From the IMG/VR virus record IMGVR_UViG_3300025997_000005: 64,000 bases of DNA; one strand, written 5' to 3'. Positions within the stretch are counted from its first letter, which is position 1, and each line of letters starts with the position of its first letter. The position numbers were made by a program, and so were the translations under genes. Under the pieces are notes generated by a model. It did no database searches. It was not told where the DNA came from and was given only the letters and a program-made list of their open reading frames with translations. The DNA is from a virus. Of this stretch, positions 43,128 to 55,587 are shown in pieces.

Positions 43128-43430
43128 ATGAGAGGTGGATACACTTTAGACTGGAATGATAAAATGCTTTCAGAAAAGAAAATAACTAAAAGCACTTATT
43201 TGGTAAACAAAAAGTACATCGAATTGGACGATGCTTTAGATAAAGCTATTGATAAACTTAAAAAACATTATAGGAAACTATATAAAGCTGAAATTGAAAG
43301 TGCTGAAACGAAGGAAGATTTTGAAGCTATTAAAAACAAACTTCGTATGATGCCAGAATCTGTAGCTAAAGTTTTTATGTTTAGAGATATTATTTTAAGG
43401 GAGGAAGAAAAAATAAAAGAAAAAGATTAG
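43128..43430 (+). CDS. Hypothetical protein encoded inside an attC loop
   Basis: Between arms GGTATATGGTTTGTGCCT and AGGCATAAACTATATACC. Confidence 0.7.
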   Translation: MRGGYTLDWNDKMLSEKKITKSTYLVNKKYIELDDALDKAIDKLKKHYRKLYKAEIESAETKEDFEAIKNKLRMMPESVAKVFMFRDIILREEEKIKEKD

Positions 43431-43976
43431 AAGCACAAAACTTTTATACAGCACGGAATTAGGCATAAACTATATACCGTGTTGTAAAATCGTTTTAATG
43501 TTTTACAACGTTAAAGTATAACCGCTAGTTGGCGATTTAAAAGCGAAAATTATGGATAAAAAACAAAGTAAAATAAAAAGCACAGACGATGGATTAAGCA
43601 CTAAACCAGCCAATTACGGTTATACAGTGTTAGCCACCGTTTTTGAAAAGCACATACTCCATTTTGACATTGGGGATAGTGTTTATTTAAAAACAGACCC
43701 TGAACAATGTGAGAGACTTGTAACTGGTATAAATATTAGACAAAATGGAATTAGTTACGCACTATCACATTTGACAAACGAAAGCTATCACTATGACTTT
43801 GAAATAAGTAAAGAACGTGATATTGTAAAAGCCACTTCATCTTAAATGGTGGCTAACGGACAGGTATATGAAAAGTAGCCTAACCACAGACTTTGATATT
43901 ATGTACTGACCTTTCATAGGCTATTTTTTATATACCATGTTAGCCATATGGTGCGGTTTAATTAACGAAATTTAAA

Positions 43977-44489
43977 ATGAAAACATTAGTAATACATCCG
44001 AAAGATTCAACAACCGATTTCTTGTGTGAAATATACAAGGATAAAGATTGGACTGTTATCAATACAAACACATCAAAAAAAGTGTTGAAAGAACAAATAA
44101 AAGAACACGATAGAATTGTGATGTTAGGACACGGAACAGAAAAAGGATTACTTGGATTTAACAAATTTGTAATTGATTCAACGTGGGTTTATTTGTTACG
44201 TGATAAAAATTGTGTTTGTATTTGGTGTAATGCTGATGAATTTGTTATGAAATATGGATTAAAAGGATTTTATACTGGTATGATAATTTCAGAATATGAA
44301 GAAGCTATTATATGTTGTGTCCCTACAAATTCACAATGGATAGCTGAATCAAATACTGATTTTGCATTAGCAATTAAAAACTCAATTAATGATGAAAATA
44401 TGTTAGAAAAAGCAAAAATTCTATACGAAGGTAATTCTTCGGTTGTTGAATTTAATCGCAACAATCTTTATTACGAAGCACTATCGTAG
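43977..44489 (+). CDS. Cassette gene, hypothetical (MLGHG, CIWCNA)
   Basis: 170-aa ORF filling body 43939-44503. Confidence 0.75.
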   Translation: MKTLVIHPKDSTTDFLCEIYKDKDWTVINTNTSKKVLKEQIKEHDRIVMLGHGTEKGLLGFNKFVIDSTWVYLLRDKNCVCIWCNADEFVMKYGLKGFYTGMIISEYEEAIICCVPTNSQWIAESNTDFALAIKNSINDENMLEKAKILYEGNSSVVEFNRNNLYYEALS

Positions 44490-45409
44490 CACTTGTGGCT
44501 AACGGTAAGTATAAGAATAGTAGGCGATTTAAAACGCTAAACTTCGCAACCAGAAAGAGTTAATTAAATGAATATAAACAACCTACTTGCACGGACACGC
44601 CTATTGTTTTTATACATTGTTATGCGTTCGTTTTGTGCGGTGGTATAAAACTTTAAAAATGACACGAACAAAGAAACTTTACGGATTCAGATTAGGAGAA
44701 AGCATTCCAAAATGGACTGACAGATTTGGAAGAAAAGGAGGTAAAATAATTCAGTTAATTAGATTAAAATACTGTAATAAATTTCAGATACAGATAAGCA
44801 ACGGGGATATCTTGACAACTGAATTTATGATACAGGATGATTTTCATAAGCGTGGGTTGGCAAATGAGGCATAACGGATTAGTATAAACTTAGTTAAAAA
44901 AACGGAAAATTATGTACACAAGTTTTTATATAGCAGAAAGCAGACTTAACGAACTAAAATCTTTTATTAGGGTCGGTTTTTTATTTAGTCCCCTGCGAAG
45001 AAGGTCAAGCTTTAATTTCTGAAGAATTACCTACTATGAAAGATTGGTGTTTGAATATGTATGCAACTAACTTTAGTAGACGAGTGCAACCACCTAAGAA
45101 AATTAGACATTATAAAAATGCCATTAAGGATTATAGATGGGAGTACCATAGAAAAGTAGTAGCAGCAGACCACATAAGAGACTTACCAAACATTAAGGCG
45201 TTTTTAAATTGCGACTAACGTTTTGCGTGTAAGGAAATTTGCGTGCAAGTACACTGCAATTTTCAGATTAATAAATAAAAATAATTAAAAAACCAGAACA
45301 AATGGAATTAAACATAATTAGCAATTTTTACAAATCGATGTTTGCAGTAGTGCCTTTATAGAATTAAAATAAAACTTCTAGGTGAAGTTATAAAACCCAA
45401 ATAAATAAA

Positions 45410-45613
45410 ATGAATAAATTAAAACAAGCACCAATGGCTAAGTATAGTAACCAAGTGCAAACAAGTAGGGATTACTCAAAGTTTAAAACTTTGATTGGTA
45501 ACAGAAAGCCAAATGAATTGCACATTAAAAGGCTAATCAGTTCATTTAAGGAACGCTATTTATTCAGTCCAATACTTGTAAATGAAAAAATGCAAATCAA
45601 TGTTGTGCTTTAG
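45410..45613 (+). pseudogene. Truncated ParB-like N-terminal fragment
   Basis: DYSKFK.LIGNR...PILVNEKMQI, cut before the expected IDGQHR by a junction at ~45600. Confidence 0.6.
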
Positions 45614-46136
45614 TTATTTTGCGGGTTATGTAAAAATATGTTTACTTTAATTTGGTAGTTAGTAAATTTATGTTTACATTTACAGAGTAAAACAAATAGA
45701 GATGGAAACTGTAACAATAACAAAAAGAATTATAAACGGAACAGAGGTTTATAACAAAAGGTTTGATGATTATGAAAAAGGTTTTTATGGCGAAAAAATT
45801 TCTAAAAAAGAATATGAAGAAAGTAAATCTTCTAATACGCCAAAATATACAGATACAAATAAAACATTAAACATTATAGAAAGGATAACTTATGAAAACT
45901 AGAAAGAAAAAAGTTTTTACAAACTGGTGCAGAAGTTGTCATTTTGATTGGATGATTGCTGTAAGAGAAGTAAAAGGTAAAAGGTGGATGAATGTATTAT
46001 CTCACCTTGAAAACAAAGGAAATTTTAATGTTGATGATTTTAATAAAATTGAAGATTCTTGGAAAAAGATATTAGAAACAATCAATTTAATGACAGAAGA
46101 AGAAATAAGTTATTTACACAATCAAAAATACAATGT

Positions 46137-46316
46137 ATGAATTGGCACGAAAGATTTAAAGCAATGAAATCAGGGTTAGGATTAACTAACTCCGATATTG
46201 CTGGCATAACTGGTAATAGTGATGATTCTGTAAAGTCGATTACTCAACCAAATAAAGACATACCACGTTGGCTAAAACTCGCTATTGTAGTTTATGAACG
46301 GATGGTAGCAAAATAA
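46137..46316 (+). CDS. Small HTH protein closing a three-gene cassette
   Basis: LGLTNSDIAGITGNSDDSVKS...IPRW. Confidence 0.7.
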   Translation: MNWHERFKAMKSGLGLTNSDIAGITGNSDDSVKSITQPNKDIPRWLKLAIVVYERMVAK

Positions 46317-49300
46317 TTAAGCACAACGGTCTTGTATATGAAAAGTAGCGTGTAAATAAGCACATACTTTTCCGACTAAAATAACGTTATTAAATTAGTA
46401 AAGCAAATTGAGTTTAGCACTTATTTAGCTATTTTTTATATACGGTGTTGGCAATAGTTATTTTATTTTCGTATTATTAACAATAATTTAAGTCAAAAAT
46501 ATTTACTTTTGCACTCAATTTCACTTATATTAGTATTATGGAATTAAATTTTTTAGAAATGATAGACACAGATAAAAGGACAGACTTTTTGTTTCCAAAG
46601 AGAAGTTTTTGGACAGGTTTTTCTAATGTATTAAGCATTTTCGGAGAACCAAATAAATTTAACACTTCAAAATCAGGAGAAGAAGCAGACTACAAAGCTT
46701 TAAAATCCGATTGGGAAATGGTTGGACAAGATATTCGGAATGTAATGTCTGATGAAATTAAATTGTCAGACTGTGAGTAAACGAAAGGAGGATGATAATC
46801 ATTAGTGTTTTCATCAACTTTTTTATATCTAAATGTATTATTAAAATAATTTCTATTTTTATAAATCATCATTTTTTTTTCAAATGTGTGCCAACGTTTT
46901 GCGTGTAAGGAAATTTGCGTGCAAGTACACAGCAAGTTTCAGATTAATAACTAAAAATAATTAAAAAATAAAAATAAGTGATAAAATATTTGGAAATTTG
47001 ATTTAAATGTTTTATATTTGTTGTTATAAAATCGTAAAATTATGAACTTAGAAACTTGGATTGTAGTTGAAAATGGTGATATGTTTGAAGGAACACGAGA
47101 ACAGTTTATGGATTGTTTCTTTTCAAATGCAACAGATGAAGAAATTAAAGATTGGTGTTTTGATAATGGTTGGAAACTTAAAATAGGCGAAGAAACAATC
47201 TTTGCTTAATAATTTTATGTTTTATAACGGACAGGTATATGGTTAGTGCACCTACCACAAACTATTAAACTAAGCACTGACCTTCATTGGTACATTAACT
47301 ATATACAATGTTGTGTGCCGTTAATTTTAGAATTATGAGAACTGGATATTTTGCAAACACAAAAACAACAACAAAAACACATTTGGTAGATAGCAATAAT
47401 AAACCAATATGTAAAAGTAACATCAGAAATAAAACTTTTCAATGGTGTGCAAACGGTGTAATGTACTCTTACATTGAATGCAATACTTGCAAAACAAAAG
47501 CAAAACAACTATTGGAGCAAGAGGTTAAAGACCGTTTGCGTTAATGGCACACAACGATGAGGCTAAGAAACGTAGCCTTGTAATCACGTTTCAAAATAGG
47601 TAGGAACTTTATTGGCTATGTTTTTTAGCCTGTGTTACCACCAGTTAATTTAATAATTATGTTTAAAATTTACAAAGGATATTTGAAATGGAAAATGATT
47701 TCCTTAATCAAGGATAAAATAATACACTACACAGTTGAAAAAAACAATTATTTACAACGACAAAATGAATGGGAAAAGAAAGAATATAAACCAAATAGAT
47801 GTTCAGATGAAGCAAGGTTTGAAAAAGAAAAAGCAGAACAAATAAGATGGTCTAATGAACAATATAAAGTAAACCATTTTAAAGGTGAGGCTGTTTTAGA
47901 AATACTCCGAATGGTTGAGAACCTTTAATTGGTGGTAACGGGTTGTGTATGAAACGTGGTGGAATAGAAACCACATAACTATCAAATTACTAATAACTTA
48001 ATAGAATGAACGAAACTTTAAATAACGCAGAAACCCAGCATGTTTTATATTGCGTGTTGTGCGTAGTGCTTTAATAATCAAAACGATGGAACAAATTTAT
48101 TATTGGATTGGATTAGTAGTTTTTTGGCTTTCTGCAATAATTGGAAGCGTAGTAGCAGTAGGATATTTAAGTAAACTTCTACTTGATAAATTAGGTAGGC
48201 AGATAAAAACTACTTGGATAATTGTTGAGTTTGCTTATTATCGAAAAGAGTTTAAAGAGTGGGTTAAAGACAAAAAACGGCATCCGAAGTGCAAATCTTA
48301 GCATTACGCACAACGTTTTGCGTATATACAAGGTACGCCTTAACGAAATTTCAATTATAAACAAATGCTTGTAGGCGTATCTTGTATATACGCTGTTAGC
48401 AGATAGTAAAAATTACGGATTATGAAAGAAAAACATATTTGTTCTGCTACTGTAAATGACAAAACAAGTAGGCAGATTATGAGTAAAATGATAAACGGAT
48501 TTTCTGATGAAATATGTGGGTTTAATGCTAAATACTTTGAAAATAATAATTGGTATTGTGGCAAACACGCACCAAGTAAAATAGCAGAACGAGAACGAAT
48601 AAGTTATGAAAAGTGGAAAGCTAAAATTGAAGCACGAAAGCAGTAATTTTTATTTCTGCTAACGGTACGCAAGTATAAAACGTGCCAACACAAACTTTGA
48701 TTGGAACAATGAATTTGAAATTAACATAAATATTAACTTAGATGCACGACAGGCATGTTTTATACTTGCTGTTAGGCATCTGTAAAAATTACGTATATGG
48801 AACAAAAAGTAAAACACGATATTTATAAGATGCTGATACCAATAATTGGTACATGGTGGGTAATAAAGCGAATATTGCCTGATTTGGGTGAAATAACATG
48901 GTGGGATATATCTAAATATTCAATTCCATTAACATTCGGATTAGTGATGTATCAGGCGATATGTTGGATAGGGTACAAAGTGTTTTACATGATGTACTTT
49001 TTTGATTACACATTTGAACAAGTATTTACGCAATGGTAGTAATTTTTATTGTGCCTAACGGACGAGTGTATGGCAAGTGCCTACACAGAACTTAATTAAT
49101 AATACAAAATATTGAAATTATGAAACAAATTATCAAAAGAATACAAAAGGCATTTGCTATACACATTGTTAGCAAACGTTTTAAGATTGAATTTTTAATG
49201 GATGGAAATTTAGAACCATTACACACAACTTACTTGGAAGGTAAGAATAAAAATGACGTAGAAAAAAGGTTTGATAGACTTGATTTAGAAAGCAGACGAG

Positions 49301-49749
49301 ATATTGTTAGTGTAAATGTTTGCTAACGTTTTGCAAATAAAAACAGTAAAAGATATGAAACGACAAATTTTAAAAATAGCAGATGAACTTGCCAATGATG
49401 TAATAACTACGGAACAGGCAAAAAACCTTTTATTGGTTTTATTTGATGTTAGCCACAGTACTTCTTACTTAGATGATAAGTACGAGGTTAAATGGCTAAT
49501 AAATAATACATACCAAGTAGAACAAAATGGGCACTGCGTGTATCAAGGAACTGAAAGTGATTGTAATGAATGGCTTAAATGTCAGTTAGGGTATTGTGGC
49601 TAACGTGCCGAGTATATGAAATGTAGCGTGTAAACAGCCGAAAAGCAACGATTAAGAGCTGAATTAAATAAATAGAATATTAACCAAGTGGGAAGCGAAA
49701 ACAGCTATATTTTATATACTGTGTTACCCACTTTTAAAAATAGCGGTAA

Positions 49750-50052
49750 ATGAAAGCTAAACTAGAAAAATATAACGGAATTGATTACTTGACTTTTAAA
49801 GTAAATGAAGAAATTGGATTAACACAACTTCCTGTAATTACAAAAGGAACACGAGAAGGCACAAATGCTTGGACTTGGAACGGTGATTTGGAAAAACCAA
49901 CACTAAGACCAAGCGTAAGAACAGGCTACTACAATGGTAAAGAAACGACGGAAATACATTACTGGCTTAATGATGGAATTGCTGATTGCTTGGGCGATTG
50001 CAAAGATGGAAATGCAGGTAAAAAACTTGCCTTAATGGAACTCGAACAGTAG
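49750..50052 (+). CDS. DUF6527-like protein (cassette)
   Basis: WTWNGDLEKPTLRPSV, H.WLNDG. Confidence 0.7.
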   Translation: MKAKLEKYNGIDYLTFKVNEEIGLTQLPVITKGTREGTNAWTWNGDLEKPTLRPSVRTGYYNGKETTEIHYWLNDGIADCLGDCKDGNAGKKLALMELEQ

Positions 50053-50701
50053 CCATTTTTTATTGTGGCTAACGGTTGCGTGTATATTCAGGTTTGCTTG
50101 TAGAGACCTTGAATTATGCACAAATGCTGATGCAAACTTGAATATACACGTTGTTATGCTCTCGTTGCGGTAAATTTACTCAAACCCTTCAATCGAAGCA
50201 CTAAAAACATTTTTATTCTTTTGTGTGATGGGGAAAATAATTATATTGATTATCAACATATTAGAAAATATATTGAAAATATTTGCAAATTTATTAGGTA
50301 ATTTGAAACAAAAGTATTACCTTTGACGTATAAATTAATAAACAACTTAAAATTTAAAGGTATGACAAATTCAGAATTAAACAAATTATCAGTTGCTGAA
50401 CTTAGGGAGTTAAGAAATAGAGTAACTGAAATGCTTCAATTGAAAATGCAAATTGAAGGTAAATTAAACAAGGATGTTTTAAAATTTGGTATGACCGTTA
50501 AATATATTGGTGGTCGTGATAAAATTAAAAACGAAACTTTTGTAATCGAAAGAATTAACAAAGTGAATGCTGTTTGTAAAAGTAATGTAGATGGAAGACG
50601 TTGGAATATTAATATTGCAAACATTCAACCATGTGAAGATTTAATAGAAACAATGGGAGATGATAATTATGAACCAGAAAGTGGTTTCCAAAAATAAAAT
50701 T

Positions 50702-50887
50702 ATGGCAAAGCGAATATCATTAAAATTAACTGACAAAAATGATTGGTTAGTTGAAGCAATAAATAAGGAAATTGATGAAACGAATAGACCATCATTTAAT
50801 AATATGGTTGAAACCATTCTTGTTTCTTATTTTAAAGCGAAGGAAGAAAAGAATAAAAATGTTACCACAAATGCTAATTCGGAGTAG
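50702..50887 (+). CDS. Small ribbon-helix-helix protein closing a cassette
   Basis: KRISLKL...SFNNMVETIL. Confidence 0.6.
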   Translation: MAKRISLKLTDKNDWLVEAINKEIDETNRPSFNNMVETILVSYFKAKEEKNKNVTTNANSE

Positions 50888-50942
50888 TTCCTTAGCAATG
50901 GAGCATAACGGACAATAATAAACAATCGTAAAATTATGACTT

Positions 50943-51209
50943 ATGAAAAAATTTAAAGGAAGCAAACACTCACATGCTAAATGGGTGGCAGAAGAATTAT
51001 TTAATGAGATGCAAAACACAGTTGATGAAGCAGCAGAATTGTTTGCTTCTGATATTTATAGCATAGCCAAGTGTTGCTCTTATAAAGCTATTGAACTAAA
51101 TAAACTAGCAGTTCTTGACGGATGGGGTTATAAAGAGGTTTGTAATCAAACACAAGAGCAACACGACTTTTGGGAACTCGTGAAATCATATTTAGATGAC
51201 ATTAAATAA
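50943..51209 (+). CDS. Hypothetical protein encoded inside an attC loop
   Basis: Between arms at 50906 and 51230; followed by a 29-bp empty body. Confidence 0.7.
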   Translation: MKKFKGSKHSHAKWVAEELFNEMQNTVDEAAELFASDIYSIAKCCSYKAIELNKLAVLDGWGYKEVCNQTQEQHDFWELVKSYLDDIK

Positions 51210-51864
51210 TTTTATGTTGTTTATTTATTGTTGTGGTGTCGTTTTAATGCAGCACAACGTTAAGTATATGGCAAGTTGGGGATTAAAATGTGCTACCCTT
51301 TTAATTTGCAGAAAAGTAAATTAAAAGCACAAATGTAGTTTATTGGAATTGCGCCCCAATTTGCTATATACATTGTTAGGCGCAGTTATTTTTAAAATTA
51401 TGACAACAAAAAAATTAGTGAACTTAATGATGAAATCTTCTGACCACAATCCATATACTGGTAAGCTGTCAGAAAGTGCTAATGTATTGGCTGCAATAGA
51501 ACTTGCAAAAAAGTTTAAGGAATTTGCAGACGAAGTATATACAGACGAGGCAATGGGTATTGAAAGCAGCCAATGGGTTGAAGTGATAAACAAACTTGAA
51601 GAGAAGCGACTTAATTGCGCCTAACGGTTGGGTGTATATGTAGTAGTGGATAGAAAGAACCGAGCTTTGATTAACCACTGAACTTCATAGAAACAACTAA
51701 CGTTGATTTACAGATGAAACCACCATTACATATACACCTTGTTATGACCAGTACGGTTTATTTACCACAAAACTCGATTAGAACCACTGAACAAAACTTT
51801 TTAAAAATGTGCGGTGGGAAATTTAATTATGAATATTTATATATAAGATAAAGTATTTACTTAT

Positions 51865-52341
51865 ATGGAAAACGACAAATTAAGAAGTTTTATAAAAACG
51901 ACAATCAGAGAATTTCTAAATGAGAATGTTAAAGGTAAAACAATATACCATTTTACTGATGGTTTGGATTCATTATATTCAATTTTGAAAGGTGACTCAT
52001 TAGAATCTGGTTCATTTAATGGTATTTATGGTAAAGGATATGATAATATTTCCTTTACTTGGAATCCAAAATTATGGGATATTGAGTATGCTGGTGATAG
52101 CAATGGTAGATATAATGCAAGAATATCATTTGACTATGGTAGAATTAGTCAGAAATGGAATTTTAAACCATTTAATTACGGTATAGATGAGGAAATGGAA
52201 GAAATAGTTGAAACTGATGAAATGCACGGAATTGTTGCATATATTACAGAAATTCTTATTAGTGATGAAGAATCTATGTTAGAGATTAATAATTTGAAAC
52301 GTTCTTATCCGAATTTAAATATTAGAACAATTAAAAGGTAG
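51865..52341 (+). CDS. Cassette gene: leader (FIKTTIREFLNE) + ART-like domain
   Basis: ATATTTATA at 51833; IYHFT, L.SIL, ISFT, EMEE. Confidence 0.55.
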   Translation: MENDKLRSFIKTTIREFLNENVKGKTIYHFTDGLDSLYSILKGDSLESGSFNGIYGKGYDNISFTWNPKLWDIEYAGDSNGRYNARISFDYGRISQKWNFKPFNYGIDEEMEEIVETDEMHGIVAYITEILISDEESMLEINNLKRSYPNLNIRTIKR

Positions 52342-52466
52342 GAAATTTTTAAAAAGTTTTGAAACAAAAACCCAATTAGAACGTATAATATAGTATTGGT
52401 CATAACGTATCGCAGATATGGAGTCGATTTTTTACGGATTTAAAACACACTAAAATAATTATTATT

Positions 52467-52712
52467 ATGAGAAAAGAAGAAATACTTAGGAAGCATTTTA
52501 AAGTTGAATTTGGACACGAGGGACATGGTAAATTTATGCAGTATATTTTAGCAGCAATGGATGAGTATGCAAAACAGGAAGTAAAAAAATGCTCTATACC
52601 TGCTGTTGTAGGGAGAAGCGAACAGTTAAAATGCGAACACAAAGGGCGCAGAACAGCAACTGAACTCGTGGAATATTGCGAAGATTGCAAAAAGATACTT
52701 TTCCATCCGTAG
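52467..52712 (+). CDS. Loop-to-body fusion ORF with the same zinc-finger module as 40522
   Basis: Near-identical 3' half, unrelated 5' half. Confidence 0.75.
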   Translation: MRKEEILRKHFKVEFGHEGHGKFMQYILAAMDEYAKQEVKKCSIPAVVGRSEQLKCEHKGRRTATELVEYCEDCKKILFHP

Positions 52713-53726
52713 CATTTTAATTGCCTACAACGTTGAGTATATAATTTCGTTGTTGCTTAACAGCACGACACTAACAAAATAAGATAAAGATGAAGAAAGC
52801 AAAAAGAATCCAAAAACGCAGAACCCACAACAATGAATTATATACATTGTTAACTACTGGCGTTTTACAAGAACTTAACTTTAAGGACATTGGACAGAGT
52901 GAATTTGAGTTATTTGAAAACATGAGTTATTGGATAAAGAATAGTATTTGCCTATTCTATAACACCCCAATAAATAAAGATTGGCAAGATAGCTTTTATA
53001 TAGGATATGCTGAAATGAGGCAAGGCAAATACGTTGCTGTTACTTTTAGATGGATTGATAGTGTAGAAGAACTAACTCAAATTTACGAGAGTATAACACG
53101 AAAGAAAATAGATGAGCCGATTTAACGGTTGTAGTTAACGGCTGGCGGTATGAAAAGTTGCGTTTTTAACCGCACGAACTTCTACTAACCGATGAACGTT
53201 AAATAAATGTAGAAACTTAAATATTAACCGCTGACCCCGCAATTTTTTATGACCGCTTGTTATAGTGCGTTTTCTGCGGGTAGGCATTAAAACTAATAAA
53301 ATGGCAAATTTATATGTAAAAGAAATTGGATTGCTTAATATCAAAGAAAGCAAAGAGGAAGTTTTAATTGAGCTAAAAAATGAAAATCCTGAGTGGGCTG
53401 AATATACAGTTATAGAAAGTTTTTATGGTGAAATGAGCGGAAAAACTCACACAAATGAAAAACTATTAACTATACGAACAAGAAATATAATTGCAGTTGA
53501 ATAGTGCGGTAGGAAAATGCACTATAACGGTTGGGTGTATGAGAAGGTTTGCTTGTAGAAACTTTCAAATTTACCACTACCGTTGATAGCAAACTTTCTT
53601 ATACACCTTGTTATGCTCTCGTGCCGACTTATTAAGCACAGAACTTGATTTGAAATACGAAAGAAAAACAAAAAGAATTTTAGGTGGATTTTTTTAAATT
53701 TGAATATTTATATATAAAAGAAAACA

Positions 53727-54236
53727 ATGAATGATTTGAAAAAGTTTATAGCAACCACAATAAGAGAATATTTGAACGAAACTTCAAAATCTATTGTAAC
53801 TTATAATAATGATACTGTAATTAAGAAATTTAATGACAAATATGAATTAGAAAATACTATTAAATATTTTCCAAACCATCCTAATTTATTTCCTATAATT
53901 TATAATATTAATGGAGACGAAATAGAAATTGAAAGATTAGATACTAAAAAAGCAATAAAAGAATTTAATATATTAAATAATTGGTTTAAGAAAAATCTTA
54001 AAATATCTTTTGGTTCATATTTAATGAGAGATTATACTTTCAAACATATCTATCCAGATAGACCATATCCGAAATTACCATCAGATTTTCCAAAAGAATA
54101 TAAACAAATACTTGATAAGTATCAAAAACTAATTAATGATATAATGAAAATTGTTGGTAAATATTTCTTACTTGATGTTCATTCATTAAATTTTGGATAT
54201 GATAAAAATGGAAATTTAAAAATGTTTGATATTTAA
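53727..54236 (+). CDS. Cassette gene: leader (FIATTIREYLNE) + protein kinase-like domain
   Basis: ATATTTATA at 53704; VIKK, DVHSLNFG catalytic-loop-like, MFDI. Confidence 0.65.
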   Translation: MNDLKKFIATTIREYLNETSKSIVTYNNDTVIKKFNDKYELENTIKYFPNHPNLFPIIYNINGDEIEIERLDTKKAIKEFNILNNWFKKNLKISFGSYLMRDYTFKHIYPDRPYPKLPSDFPKEYKQILDKYQKLINDIMKIVGKYFLLDVHSLNFGYDKNGNLKMFDI

Positions 54237-55587
54237 AAAATATTTAGTATCTTTGTTGTGTGTTGGTAAAATTCTTTTTGTTTTTCATCACAAATGTTAA
54301 ATCGAAGAACTGAACTAAGGCATGGAGCATAACGACTGCGTGTATGTTGTCGTTGCGGTAAATTAGTATAAACTTTAATAAATGAACGAAATGAAAAAAC
54401 TTTGGAAATGGTTATTTGGAAAACGAAAACAGCAATGCAATATACACGATGTTGTGTGTAGTGCGACCACTGAAAGGAAACCAAACCCATATATGCTGTT
54501 GTGGTATAAACAAGGTTGGAGTGAAAAAAGAATTGCTATTAATAACTCAAAGTATTGGAAATGGGAGATAGACCACAACGGTTTTCGTCCATAGCATTAC
54601 ACACAACGTTGGTAATATGAAAAGTTGGCTTTGCAGCCACTTTCAAGTTACCAAACAGTTTGATAGCCAATTTTTTATATTACGTGTTATCGCTTCGGGT
54701 TTTATTAATCTTTTAAATTAAAATATATGATAGTCAGAATTAAACTAAAATCAAAAGGAGAAACATTCACAATGATGTTTGGAAATTCTTATAAAAATTG
54801 GGAAGAGCAATTTCGTGAATATTGCTTTACTTTCAAACCAATAGAAATAATTCAAATTGAAACATCTCCTGAAAAATGGAAAGGTTGGGGAGGGTTGAAG
54901 TGGTGCAATGAAACAGAGTTTCAACACGAATTAAACCGTGAGGGTTGTCAGCAAAATGAACCAGATAATCCTAAACCAAGAAAGTATGAATATATGAGAT
55001 TCAATTCAAATCAAATTGTTTCAAATATTGCCAATAAGATTGCTCGTAGGTATCTTTAACCTGAGCGATAACGTTTTGTGGCTTTGTGTCTGTTATTTTG
55101 GCTTGCAGACACTTGCCTTTAAAGATAAATTTTATAGCCAAAATAATAGCACAAAACCACTGTTAGTGGCTGGTGCGGTAAATTAAACGAAAATGAAATT
55201 AACAGAAGAACAATTTAATGAGCAGTATGGTGAAGCAAAAGTTGTTTTCGCCTATTATTACAAGTATTCATTCTCATTTGTGGGTGAATTTGAAGGTAAA
55301 ACGATAAATATTAGTGTAGGTGGCAACGCTGATGATATTTATAGATTTGATGTTGAATCTAACAAAGAATATCAAGTAAAGGAATTAGGTATTAATTATG
55401 CCACCGTAAAAGAAGGCGAAACAACTATTGCTGAATTTACAGACGGATGGTAGCACTTGCCACTAACGGACAGGTATATGAAAAGTAGCCTGACCACAAA
55501 CTTTGATATTATGCACCGAACTTTCATAGGCTATTTTTTATATACCATGTTAGCTGTCTGGTGCGGATTTAAACGATAAACTTTGAT

